Assembly: GCA_049890095.1 (NCBI GenBank)
Contig: JBMHCD010000010.1
Coordinates: 48,881-112,880 of the forward strand
Source: Flavobacteriales bacterium
GTDB taxonomy: Bacteria; Bacteroidota; Bacteroidia; Flavobacteriales; UBA7312
Length of the DNA stretch: 64,000 nt
Reading direction: 5' to 3'
This document shows positions 10,410-20,037 of this stretch, in pieces. The translations under genes and the position numbers were made by a program. The notes beneath the pieces were generated by a model. The model was not told where the DNA came from and searched no databases. It worked only from the letters and a program-made list of their open reading frames with translations. Numbering within the stretch: position 1 is the stretch's first letter; each line of letters starts with the position of its first letter.

Positions 10410-11564
10410 ATGGAATTTGAACTAAGTTTTGATCCCATCATTCATAATTCCGAAGATTTTGAGCCTACTCAACTTGGAGCTTTAGTTGATGTTTATACCG
10501 CAAATAACTTTCCTAATTTAGCTGAAGCAGACTTAGTTATTTTTACTGTTCCTGAATTTAGAGGCTCAGGATTTAAATCTGAAAAAACAGCTTTTTTTAA
10601 CTTAAAAAATGAATTTTTTAAGTTACATCAAGGTCAAAATCGATTGCGTATTGCAGATTTAGGTTCACTCAAGATTGGTGAACAAGTCGTAGATACCTAT
10701 CAATTATTAGCAGATGTATTGCAAGAATGTAATCACAGACAATTATTTTCCTTATTTATTGGAGGCGGGCAAGATCTAACAATTTCTCAATACAAATCTT
10801 TTGTTCAATCAAAAGAGTACTGCAATATGGTAAGTATCGATTCAAAATTTGATTTAGGCTTGCAATACGAGGGTATTGATTCTAGTTCATATTTGTCTGA
10901 AATTATCAATCAAGAAAATAGTGTTTTGTTTAACTATAGCAATTTAGGATATCAGTCTTATTTAGTGTCAAAAAATTCGATTGATTTCTTAAATGGATTA
11001 TTTTTTGACGTTTATCGATTAGGAGAAATTCGTTCAAATATTGAAGAAGTTGAACCGGTTTTAAGGGATGCTAATTTTGTTTCTGTAGATTTAAATTCTA
11101 TTCAGATGTCCAGTTCTCCTGCTGTTTTTGATGGTTCGCCAAATGGTTTTAATAGTCATGAAATATGTCAGCTGATGAGATACTCAGGAATAAGTAATAA
11201 AATACAATCTTTAGGCATATATAATTTTTTTGTTGATCACGAATCTAGACTAATGACATCTAAATTAGTAGCTCAGATGATGTGGTGTTTTTTAGAAGGA
11301 TTTTTTCATAAAATGAAGTCTATATCATCTAATGATAAGAATTTGGTCAAATATCATGTATCTATGCATGATGGTCAGTATAATGCTTGTTTTTATAAAA
11401 ATACTCAGAACGATAAATGGTGGATGGAAATTCCACTTTTGCAAACTAATAAAGAAAGCTTGGCAAGTCAGTGTTTTGTACCTTGCTCTTATAATGATTA
11501 TCTAACAGCCTCAAATGGCGATGTTCCTGAAAGATGGTGGAAAGCATTTCAAAAAATTAATTAA
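10410..11564 (+). CDS. Arginase/formimidoylglutamase-fold protein with degenerate metal ligands
   Basis: IADLG, IGGGQDLT, IDSKFD, SNLGYQ, SPNGF motifs. Confidence 0.8.
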   Translation: MEFELSFDPIIHNSEDFEPTQLGALVDVYTANNFPNLAEADLVIFTVPEFRGSGFKSEKTAFFNLKNEFFKLHQGQNRLRIADLGSLKIGEQVVDTYQLLADVLQECNHRQLFSLFIGGGQDLTISQYKSFVQSKEYCNMVSIDSKFDLGLQYEGIDSSSYLSEIINQENSVLFNYSNLGYQSYLVSKNSIDFLNGLFFDVYRLGEIRSNIEEVEPVLRDANFVSVDLNSIQMSSSPAVFDGSPNGFNSHEICQLMRYSGISNKIQSLGIYNFFVDHESRLMTSKLVAQMMWCFLEGFFHKMKSISSNDKNLVKYHVSMHDGQYNACFYKNTQNDKWWMEIPLLQTNKESLASQCFVPCSYNDYLTASNGDVPERWWKAFQKIN

Positions 11565-11665
11565 CTTATTATAAGTTTAAATTTGTTTTTCCTTACTAAA
11601 AAAAAATAGTTATTTTAGCGAGCAAAATAATGAAGTAAGTAAAATTTACTGAAAACTTCCTTTTT

Positions 11666-12574
11666 ATGAAAAAATATTTTTTAATTACTTTTCTGTTCTT
11701 CTTTGCTTTTTTTGCTAATGCTCAGCAAGATCCGCAATTTAGCCAATATATGTTTAATCAATTATATGTTAATCCTGCTTATGCTGGTAGTAGTGATGCA
11801 ATTTGTGCAACGGCTCTAAATAGAGTTCAGTGGGCTGGTTTTGAAGGGGCGCCTTCAACAACTAATTTAAGTGTTCATTCACCAGTACAGTTACTTAATG
11901 GTGGGCTAGGTCTTAATATTCTTACAGATGCGATTGCTCAAAATCAATTTACAGGAATTAATCTTTCATATGCATACAGAACGGAACTTTCCCAAGGTAA
12001 ATTAGGGATTGGTGTTTCTGTGGGTATGTTGCAAGATGGAGTTGAGGGAGGTAATTATGTAATCGGTGAACAAGGTGATCCGGTTATTCCAACATCTGAA
12101 GAGAAATCAGCAGGTTTTGATTTAGGTTTTGGTTTGTACTATAACTCGGATAAAATGTATGTAGGATTATCTTCAAGGCACTTAAATGAAGCTAGTCTTG
12201 TTGATTCGAAAGGATTGATTGAGTTAAAACGTCATTATTACTTAATGGCAGGATATATTCATACTTTATCATCGGAATTTGATTTAAAGCCTTCTATTTT
12301 GGTTAAAAGTGAGGGAGTTACAACAACATTAGACGTGTCTTCTATTGTTGAATACAATAATAAGCTATGGGGTGGCGTTAGCCTTAGACCGAGTTATGGA
12401 GCGGTACTCCTATTTGGTACTCATATTAACAAAGATTTGAAATTTGGTTTTTCCTATGATTTACCAATTTCTAAAGTTTCGGGAGCTGGTAGTTTAGAGT
12501 TTATGCTAGGTTATTGTTTCCAAATTGATTATAATAAGGTCGCTAAAGGATTTAAAAACCCTAGATTCTTATAA
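11666..12574 (+). CDS. porP: T9SS membrane protein, PorP/SprF family
   Basis: Signal peptide then QQDPQFSQYMFNQLYVNPAYAG, QWAGFEGAP; ends PRFL. Confidence 0.95.
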   Translation: MKKYFLITFLFFFAFFANAQQDPQFSQYMFNQLYVNPAYAGSSDAICATALNRVQWAGFEGAPSTTNLSVHSPVQLLNGGLGLNILTDAIAQNQFTGINLSYAYRTELSQGKLGIGVSVGMLQDGVEGGNYVIGEQGDPVIPTSEEKSAGFDLGFGLYYNSDKMYVGLSSRHLNEASLVDSKGLIELKRHYYLMAGYIHTLSSEFDLKPSILVKSEGVTTTLDVSSIVEYNNKLWGGVSLRPSYGAVLLFGTHINKDLKFGFSYDLPISKVSGAGSLEFMLGYCFQIDYNKVAKGFKNPRFL

Positions 12575-12580
12575 AAGTAT

Positions 12581-12588
12581 TATATTTG
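12581..12588 (+). promoter_or_regulatory. SigmaA -7 element (TATATTTG) upstream of gldK
   Basis: Exact TAnnTTTG in the porP-gldK gap. Confidence 0.6.
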
Positions 12589-12681
12589 TGCAAATTCATT
12601 TAATCATCACTTATAACAAGTGGTGATTTTGTGGCTTATAAAAACAAATTAATTCCCTTTTGGGTTTAATATATTGTGATT

Positions 12682-13983
12682 ATGAAAAATTTTTTCTTTT
12701 TAGGTATTATTGCTATTGCTATTTCTAGTTGTACATCAGGTAATGGAGAGTTAATAGGTGTTCAAAACCGTCCAATCTGGAATCCAACTGACCCATTTGG
12801 AATGTTATATATTCCTCAAGGAAGTTTTAATATGGGTCCTGGTGATCAAGATGTTCCTTATGCTCATGTAACTCAACATAAAACAGTTTCTGTTGCAGCA
12901 TTTTATATGGATGAAACAGAAATTACAAATAATGAGTACAGACAATTTGTATTTTGGGTAAGGGATTCGATAGCTAGAGTACTTTTAGGCGATCAAGGTG
13001 TTAAAGGTTATGAATTGATTGAAGAGGATGCTTATGGTAACTTTATTGATCCTCCAAGAATTGATTGGAGTAGACCAATCCGCTGGGATGATGCTGAAGT
13101 AAGAGAGGTTTTAGAAGAAGAAATGTATTTACCTGAGCACGAGCGTTTTTATAATAGAAGAGAGTTTGATACTAGAAAGTATAACTTTGTTTATGAAACT
13201 CAAGATATAAAAAGAGCATCGGCAAGAGTTAATAGACCACAAGGCTTGGTAGATAGATCTGATTTTATTGAGGTAAATAATCAAGGAATCAATATTTATC
13301 CTGATACCTTAGTATGGACTCATGATTACACATATTCATATAATGACCCATGGGCAAGAAATTACTTTCACCATCCATCATTTGATAACTATCCAGTTGT
13401 AGGTGTTAACTGGAAACAAGCAATAGCTTTTACTAAATGGAGAACAGCTATTTTAGATCAGTATCTTCTTTCTAGAGGTGAGCCGTTACACGACGAATTT
13501 AGACTTCCAACGGAGTCAGAATGGGAGTATGCTGCAAGAGGTGGACTTGATTTATCGCCATATCCTTGGGGAGGTCCTTATACGACAAACGATGCTGGAT
13601 GTTTTTTAGCTAACTTTAAGCCAAGACGAGGAAATTATGTGGCAGATGGAGGAATCAGAACCGTTAAGGTTGGTTCCTATAATCCAAATAATTTTGGATT
13701 ATACGACATGTCAGGAAATGTTGCTGAGTGGACAGATAATGCTTATGATGAATCTGCTTTCAGTTTTGCACATGATATGAATCTTGATTTTAGATATGAT
13801 GCGCAAGATGGTGAAGCAGAAATCTTAAAGCGTAAGGTCATAAGAGGTGGATCATGGAAAGACATTTCACATTTCATTCAGGTTGGTACCAGAGACTACG
13901 AATACCAAGATACAGCTAAATCTTACATTGGTTTTAGAAATGTTATTTCGTTCTTAGGAAGAGACAAGCAAGATTTTAGATAA
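12682..13983 (+). CDS. gldK: T9SS/gliding lipoprotein GldK (PorK)
   Basis: Lipobox ISSC-GELIGV, FGE-sulfatase motifs RLPTESEWEYAARGG, GLYDMSGNVAEW, IRGGSWKD. Confidence 0.95.
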   Translation: MKNFFFLGIIAIAISSCTSGNGELIGVQNRPIWNPTDPFGMLYIPQGSFNMGPGDQDVPYAHVTQHKTVSVAAFYMDETEITNNEYRQFVFWVRDSIARVLLGDQGVKGYELIEEDAYGNFIDPPRIDWSRPIRWDDAEVREVLEEEMYLPEHERFYNRREFDTRKYNFVYETQDIKRASARVNRPQGLVDRSDFIEVNNQGINIYPDTLVWTHDYTYSYNDPWARNYFHHPSFDNYPVVGVNWKQAIAFTKWRTAILDQYLLSRGEPLHDEFRLPTESEWEYAARGGLDLSPYPWGGPYTTNDAGCFLANFKPRRGNYVADGGIRTVKVGSYNPNNFGLYDMSGNVAEWTDNAYDESAFSFAHDMNLDFRYDAQDGEAEILKRKVIRGGSWKDISHFIQVGTRDYEYQDTAKSYIGFRNVISFLGRDKQDFR

Positions 13984-14025
13984 TAATCATTTACATAAAC
14001 ATTAACTATACAATAATATATTCAT

Positions 14026-14655
14026 ATGGCATTAATAAATCCAAATTCTAAAAGATTTAAGAACGGAATGGCAAAACTCTATGGTTGGGGTGCATCCATT
14101 GTAATTTTAGGAGCGATGTTTAAATTACAACATTGGCCAGGAGCAGGTACTATGTTGGTAATCGGTCTTTCAATTGAAGCAATAATATTCTTTTTCTCTG
14201 CATTTGAAAAGCCACATGAAGAGCCAGATTGGAGTTTGGTTTATCCTGAGCTAGGATATATGAAAGACCCTGAAGAATCATCATCTACTTCATCAACTGG
14301 CAAGCAAACTCCAGTTCAAGAGTTGGATAGTATGCTTGAGAAAGCAAATGTCGATCAGGCTTTAATTACTCGTTTAGGTGATAATCTTAGGTCATTTAAT
14401 GAGACTGTTGAAGGTGTAAGCAAATCTATGGATGCTGTTTCTGCAACTGGAGAATATAGCGATCAAATGCGTGAAGCATCTAGGAAAATGGCAGAAATGA
14501 ATACCTATTATGACTTACAGTTAAGAACCATGCAAAATATGGGTAACTCTGTAGGAGATTCTGAAAAGTTCCAAAAGGAAATTTCTAAACTAGGAGATAA
14601 TTTACAAGCTCTTAACCAAATGTATAGCAATATGCTAAACGCAATGAATAAATAA
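14026..14655 (+). CDS. gldL: T9SS/gliding motor protein GldL (PorL)
   Basis: YGWGASIVILGAMFKLQHW, conserved Glu in GLSIEA, DWSLVYPEL. Confidence 0.97.
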   Translation: MALINPNSKRFKNGMAKLYGWGASIVILGAMFKLQHWPGAGTMLVIGLSIEAIIFFFSAFEKPHEEPDWSLVYPELGYMKDPEESSSTSSTGKQTPVQELDSMLEKANVDQALITRLGDNLRSFNETVEGVSKSMDAVSATGEYSDQMREASRKMAEMNTYYDLQLRTMQNMGNSVGDSEKFQKEISKLGDNLQALNQMYSNMLNAMNK

Positions 14656-14686
14656 TAATTTTACTCATATTATACAAGTAACATAA

Positions 14687-16330
14687 ATGGCTGGAAATAA
14701 TTTATCCCCAAGACAAAAAATGATTGGTATGATGTATTTAGTACTAACAGCTCTGTTAGCATTAAATGTATCTAAAGAAGTTTTGAATGCCTTTCAGAAT
14801 GTGAATGGTGGTATTGTTCGGACAACCGAAAATTTTAATAGTAAAAATGAAGAGGTATATAACCAATTTATCCTTGCTGCAGAAACTAATCCAACAAAAG
14901 CTGGTCCATGGAAAGATTTAGCTTTTGATGTCAAAACAAAATCTGATTCTTTAGTATTGTCTATACAAAAACTCAAGTTTAAAATGATTATGTCTGCTGA
15001 TAAACAAGTAACGTTTTTTGGTAGTCAAGAACCTTTAGAAAACACTACTTTTGATGAACTACCAAATGATTTGAAGAGTACTTTGATGGTAGATATAAAG
15101 AAAAAATCTGATCGTCAAATGTCAGGAGATGTAATGATTAATCAGGGTAATGGTCCTATGCTAAAAAGTAGTTTAGAAAATTACAGAGAGTTGCTTTTGG
15201 ATCTAACTGAAGGAACTTCTATTAGTAGCTCTATTTCCACTACTTTTAATTTTGAGGATATTCCTGCCAAAAAAGGTGAAGGCAGTGTTAGTTGGGTAAA
15301 TCAAAATTTTTATGATATGCCACTTGTTGCTGCAGTTACTTTATTATCCAAATTACAAGCCGATATTAGAAATGCAGAATCGGATGTTATTAAGCACTTG
15401 CAAAAAGAAATTGATGCTGGCTCATTAAAGTTTACATCTGCTGAAGCAATACAGATTGCACCATCAAATTATGTTTTTGTTGGAGATAGTTTTAAAGCAG
15501 ATGTATTTTTAGCAGCAAAAGATTCTACTCAAAATCCAGTGATATATGTGGGTGATTATGAGCAAGATGAATTTGGAAGATATTCAATGGTTGGTTCTTA
15601 CGATTCAATACCAGTAGAAGGAGGTAAAGGTAAATATGCAATTAAAACAAGATCACAAGGATATCAAAAGTGGGGCGGACTGATTTCTATGAAAACAGAA
15701 GAGGGTATGAGAATGTATCCATTTAGTGGAGAATATCAAGTTGCGGCACAAAGCTTTGTAGTTTCGCCAACAAAAATGAATGTTCTTTATTTACTAGGAG
15801 ACATGGGTAATCCTATAGATGTTTCAGTTCCTGGTGTTTCAAAAGATAAAATTCGAGTAAGTTGCAACAATGGAACAATCAAGAAAGTTGGTCAAACATG
15901 GGAAGTTTTCCCGAAGACTACCGGAAAAGCTAAAGTAACAGTATCTGCTGAAATACAAGGAAAAAATAGAACCATGGGTTCCATGGAATTTAGAGTAAAA
16001 AGAGTTCCTAAACCTGAACCAAAACTTATTGGTTCTAAAAATGGAAAAATTAAGAGAAATCAAATATTATCTAGAAACTGTAAAATGATTGCTCAGCTAA
16101 AGGATTTTGATTTCGATATTAAACATACAGTTGTAGGTTTTACATTAGAAGGATTCTACAAAGGTGAATTAGTTAGTAAAAAAGTACGATCTAATAAATT
16201 AAGTGATGAAATGAGAGAGTTTGTTAAAGACATTCAACTAGGGTCACCAGTATTTATTTCTAACATTTCATCAAAAGGACCCTCTGGTAAAATCAATAAG
16301 CTAGGGGATATTAAAGTTACTATTAACTAA
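14687..16330 (+). CDS. gldM: T9SS/gliding motor protein GldM (PorM)
   Basis: SPRQKMIGMMYLVLTALLALNVSKEVL, TKMNVLY, FRVKRVP. Confidence 0.97.
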   Translation: MAGNNLSPRQKMIGMMYLVLTALLALNVSKEVLNAFQNVNGGIVRTTENFNSKNEEVYNQFILAAETNPTKAGPWKDLAFDVKTKSDSLVLSIQKLKFKMIMSADKQVTFFGSQEPLENTTFDELPNDLKSTLMVDIKKKSDRQMSGDVMINQGNGPMLKSSLENYRELLLDLTEGTSISSSISTTFNFEDIPAKKGEGSVSWVNQNFYDMPLVAAVTLLSKLQADIRNAESDVIKHLQKEIDAGSLKFTSAEAIQIAPSNYVFVGDSFKADVFLAAKDSTQNPVIYVGDYEQDEFGRYSMVGSYDSIPVEGGKGKYAIKTRSQGYQKWGGLISMKTEEGMRMYPFSGEYQVAAQSFVVSPTKMNVLYLLGDMGNPIDVSVPGVSKDKIRVSCNNGTIKKVGQTWEVFPKTTGKAKVTVSAEIQGKNRTMGSMEFRVKRVPKPEPKLIGSKNGKIKRNQILSRNCKMIAQLKDFDFDIKHTVVGFTLEGFYKGELVSKKVRSNKLSDEMREFVKDIQLGSPVFISNISSKGPSGKINKLGDIKVTIN

Positions 16331-16341
16331 AACTATAAATT

Positions 16342-17193
16342 ATGAAAAAGTTAATTTTATTATTATTAGGAATAGCTTTGTTTCAATTTTCGTTTGCTCA
16401 AGATATCTTAGATGGAGCATACAAAAAAGATATTAGAGATGGTCTAAAAGAAAGAATGATTCAGCCATATCAGCATCTTAGAGAGGCAGACGTTATGTGG
16501 TCTACTAAAATTGAGCGAGTAATAGATTTAAGAGAAAAGATCAATCAGGTTTTTTACTATCCTGTAGAACAAATTGATGACAGGCAAAATCTCATTGATG
16601 TATTAATGGACGCTATTGAAGAAGGAGTTATTACTGCTTACGGAAACGCATATAAGGACGATGAGTTTAAATCTCCTATGTCTAAGTCAGATATAGAATC
16701 CATAGGAATAGACGGCGATGCTATTGAAATTATTGAAATTTATGATGATGAAATAGAAGATTACCGTCCCGATACACTGATAAACGTATTCTATAGATAT
16801 AACGTAAGAAAATATAGAATAAAAGAAGAGTGGTTTTTTGATAAACAACGTTCGGTAATGGACTTTAGAATTATTGGTCTCTGCCCAGTAATGGATAAAT
16901 TTGATGATGATGGTGTTTATAGAGGAGAAACTTCTTTGTTTTGGGTGTATTTTCCACAGGCTAGAGAAGTACTTTCTAAGGCTGAAGTTTTTAATCATAG
17001 AAAAAATGATGCCGCTCGATTGACTTATGATGATATTTTTCATAAGCGTTTTTTCAATAGTTACATTGTTAAAGAATCGAATAAATACGATAGAAAAATT
17101 AACGCATATAAAACAGGTATTGACGCATTATTAGAAGCGGAAGCGATACAGAACGAAATATTTAATCTCGAACACGATTTGTGGGAGTACTAA
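16342..17193 (+). CDS. gldN: T9SS/gliding protein GldN (PorN)
   Basis: READVMWS, IDLREKIN, WFFDKQRS, ends EHDLWEY. Confidence 0.96.
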   Translation: MKKLILLLLGIALFQFSFAQDILDGAYKKDIRDGLKERMIQPYQHLREADVMWSTKIERVIDLREKINQVFYYPVEQIDDRQNLIDVLMDAIEEGVITAYGNAYKDDEFKSPMSKSDIESIGIDGDAIEIIEIYDDEIEDYRPDTLINVFYRYNVRKYRIKEEWFFDKQRSVMDFRIIGLCPVMDKFDDDGVYRGETSLFWVYFPQAREVLSKAEVFNHRKNDAARLTYDDIFHKRFFNSYIVKESNKYDRKINAYKTGIDALLEAEAIQNEIFNLEHDLWEY

Positions 17194-17199
17194 TTTTTT

Positions 17200-17229
17200 A
17201 AAAAAAGTCTTCAACCGAAGACTTTTTTT
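17200..17229 (+). terminator. Intrinsic terminator after gldN
   Basis: A7-GTCTTC-aacc-GAAGAC-T7. Confidence 0.85.
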
Positions 17230-17259
17230 ATTTACTTAACAAGATTTACTTTTTAGAGA

Positions 17260-18525
17260 ATGGAAGACAAAATAGCAGTAATTGGATTAGGGTATGTAGG
17301 TATACCTTTAGCGGTAGAATTTGGTAAAATTAGTAAAACTGTAGGCCTGGATATCAATTCTTCACGTATTCAAGAATTAAAAAAGGGTTTTGACCGAACA
17401 TTAGAAATGAATGAAAAAGATTTAAAATCTGCAGTTCATTTAAGTTTTACGGAATCAATAGAGGATATTAAAGATTGTAATATTTATATTATTACTGTTC
17501 CTACTCCAATAAATAATAAAAACTTACCTGATTTAACACCTTTAATTGAGTCAAGTAAGTCTGTGGGTACAGTTCTTAAAAAAGATGATATTGTTATTTA
17601 TGAGTCAACAGTATATCCAGGTGTAACCGAAGAAGAATGTGTTCCAATTTTAGAAAAAGTTTCTGGCTTAAAATTTAATGAAGACTTTTTTTGTGGTTAC
17701 AGTCCTGAGCGAATTAATCCTGGAGACAAAGAGCGAACTCTTACTAAAATATTAAAAATCACTAGTGGGTCTACGAATGAAGTGGCTGAAAAAGTGGACC
17801 AATTATATAAACAAATAATAAAAGCAGGTACTTATAAAGCATCCTCTATCAAAGTTGCGGAAGCGGCTAAGGTTATAGAAAATACACAACGAGATGTAAA
17901 TATTGCTTTGGTCAACGAATTGGCTTTAATTTTTGATGCTATGGAAATACCTTCACAAGAAGTATTAGATGCTGCAGGAACCAAATGGAATTTTCTTCCT
18001 TTTAAGCCTGGTTTAGTAGGTGGTCATTGTATAGGAGTAGATCCGTATTATTTAACTTATAAAGCTCAAAAGTTAGGTTATAAACCCAATTTAATTTTAT
18101 CATCCAGACAAATCAATAACGGAATGTCTGCCTATGTTGCTAAAAAAACGATCAAATTTTTAGTCGATAAAAACAAGAATATAAAAGACTCTGATATTCT
18201 TGTAATGGGACTTACATTTAAGGAGAACTGTCCTGACACTAGAAATACAAAAGTTATTGATATTATTGAGGAATTAAAAGATTTTGGTTGTAATGTTGAT
18301 GTATATGATCCTTGGGTTGATAAAGATGAACATATAAAAGAGTTAGAAAATGGATTAATTGATAATCCGTTTACTTCTGATAAAAAGTATTCTGCAATAA
18401 TTGTTGCGGTAGCTCATAATCAGTTTACAAGTATTACTAATGAAGAGTATCAAAACATAACTAATGGTGATTTAATTTTAATTGATATAAAAGGGATTAC
18501 TAATAATCCTACTTGGAAGTTATAA
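17260..18525 (+). CDS. wbpA: UDP-N-acetylhexosamine 6-dehydrogenase (WbpA/WbpO/TviB family)
   Basis: GLGYVG, YESTVYPG, GYSPERINPGD, GGHCIGVDP. Confidence 0.9.
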   Translation: MEDKIAVIGLGYVGIPLAVEFGKISKTVGLDINSSRIQELKKGFDRTLEMNEKDLKSAVHLSFTESIEDIKDCNIYIITVPTPINNKNLPDLTPLIESSKSVGTVLKKDDIVIYESTVYPGVTEEECVPILEKVSGLKFNEDFFCGYSPERINPGDKERTLTKILKITSGSTNEVAEKVDQLYKQIIKAGTYKASSIKVAEAAKVIENTQRDVNIALVNELALIFDAMEIPSQEVLDAAGTKWNFLPFKPGLVGGHCIGVDPYYLTYKAQKLGYKPNLILSSRQINNGMSAYVAKKTIKFLVDKNKNIKDSDILVMGLTFKENCPDTRNTKVIDIIEELKDFGCNVDVYDPWVDKDEHIKELENGLIDNPFTSDKKYSAIIVAVAHNQFTSITNEEYQNITNGDLILIDIKGITNNPTWKL

Positions 18526-19460
18526 TGAAAAATTTTGCTTTAATAGGAGCTGCTGGATACATTGCAACCAGGCATATGAAAGCTATTAAGGACACAGGAA
18601 ATAATTTAATTGCTGCTCTTGATCGTTTTGATAGTGTTGGAATTATAGATAGTTATTTTCCTAATGCTCATTTTTTTACAGAACCTGAGAGATTTGATAG
18701 GCATTTGTACAAGATTAAACGTCATGATACCCCTATAGATTTTATTAGTATATGTTCTCCGAATTATTTGCATGATGCTCATATTAGGTTGAGTTTACGT
18801 AATAATGCTGATGCAATCTGTGAAAAACCATTAGTTTTAAATCCGTGGAATATTGATGCATTAGTTGAAATTGAAGAATCAACTAAGCAAAAGATTTATA
18901 ACATACTTCAATTAAGGTTACACCCATCAATCATAGCATTAAAGAAAAAAGTTGATAATGCTCCAGATGACAAAATTTACGATATTGATTTAAGTTATCT
19001 TACTAGTAGAGGAAATTGGTATTTTACATCATGGAAAGGAGACCAATCAAAGTCGGGAGGTATATCAACTAATATAGGTATTCATTTTTTTGATATGCTT
19101 ACATGGATTTTCGGGCCTGTAGAAAAAAGTATATCTCATATAAATGATAAAGATAAGGCAGCGGGTTTTTTACAATTGAAAAACGCAAGAGTTAGATGGT
19201 TTTTGAGTGTGAATTATGATTTAATACCTGAAAATATTAAAGAATCTGGTCAACGAACTTTTAGGTCAATTACTGTAGACGGAGAAGAAATAGAATTTAG
19301 TGGTGGATTTACTGATCTCCATACGACAAGTTATCAGCAAATCCTTGATGGTAATGGATTCGGTCTTCTTGAGGCAAAACCTTCTATTGATATTGTACAT
19401 CAATTAAGAAATTCGCCAGTTTCCGCCTTAGTAAATGAATATCATCCATTTTGTAAATAA
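18525..19460 (+). CDS. wbpB: UDP-GlcNAcA 3-dehydrogenase (Gfo/Idh/MocA family, WbpB)
   Basis: MKNFALIGAAGYIA, CSPNYLH, CEKPLV, EFSGGFTDLH; TAATG overlap with the upstream gene. Confidence 0.92.
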   Translation: MKNFALIGAAGYIATRHMKAIKDTGNNLIAALDRFDSVGIIDSYFPNAHFFTEPERFDRHLYKIKRHDTPIDFISICSPNYLHDAHIRLSLRNNADAICEKPLVLNPWNIDALVEIEESTKQKIYNILQLRLHPSIIALKKKVDNAPDDKIYDIDLSYLTSRGNWYFTSWKGDQSKSGGISTNIGIHFFDMLTWIFGPVEKSISHINDKDKAAGFLQLKNARVRWFLSVNYDLIPENIKESGQRTFRSITVDGEEIEFSGGFTDLHTTSYQQILDGNGFGLLEAKPSIDIVHQLRNSPVSALVNEYHPFCK

Positions 19461-19466
19461 TATAGT

Positions 19467-20036
19467 ATGAGTTTTTTTATTCATGAGACTTCTGTTTTAG
19501 ACAATGATGTATTGATAGGTCAGGGTACTAAAATTTGGCATTTTTCACATGTATTATCTCAATCAGTTATAGGTCAAAATTGTTCTTTTGGTCAAAATTG
19601 CGTGATAGGTCCTAGGGTAAAAATAGGTGATGGAGTAAAGGTTCAAAACAATGTCTCTATTTATGAAGGTGTAGAGATAGAGGATGATGTTTTTTTAGGT
19701 CCTTCTATGGTATTTACAAATGTGATTAATCCAAGAAGCTTTGTGGTAAGAAAAGAAGAGTTTAAAAAGACGTTGTTAAAAAAAGGGTGTTCGATTGGTG
19801 CAAATTCAACAATTGTTTGTGGTATTACGATTGGATGTTTTTCCTTGATTGGTGCAGGTAGCGTAGTCACAAAAAATGTTAAACCTTTTGAAATGGTATA
19901 TGGTGTGCCAGCTGTCCATAAGGGATGGGTTAGTAAATTAGGAAATAAGTTACAATTTAATAACGGTATTGCCGTTGATAATCATGATGGATCTAAATAT
20001 AAGTTGGTAAACAATCAAGTAGAAAGTATTGAATAA
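19467..20036 (+). CDS. wbpD: Hexapeptide-repeat N-acetyltransferase WbpD
   Basis: IGQGTKIWHFSH, KVQNNVSIYEGV, GPSMVFTNVINPRS. Confidence 0.9.
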   Translation: MSFFIHETSVLDNDVLIGQGTKIWHFSHVLSQSVIGQNCSFGQNCVIGPRVKIGDGVKVQNNVSIYEGVEIEDDVFLGPSMVFTNVINPRSFVVRKEEFKKTLLKKGCSIGANSTIVCGITIGCFSLIGAGSVVTKNVKPFEMVYGVPAVHKGWVSKLGNKLQFNNGIAVDNHDGSKYKLVNNQVESIE

Positions 20037-20037
20037 T

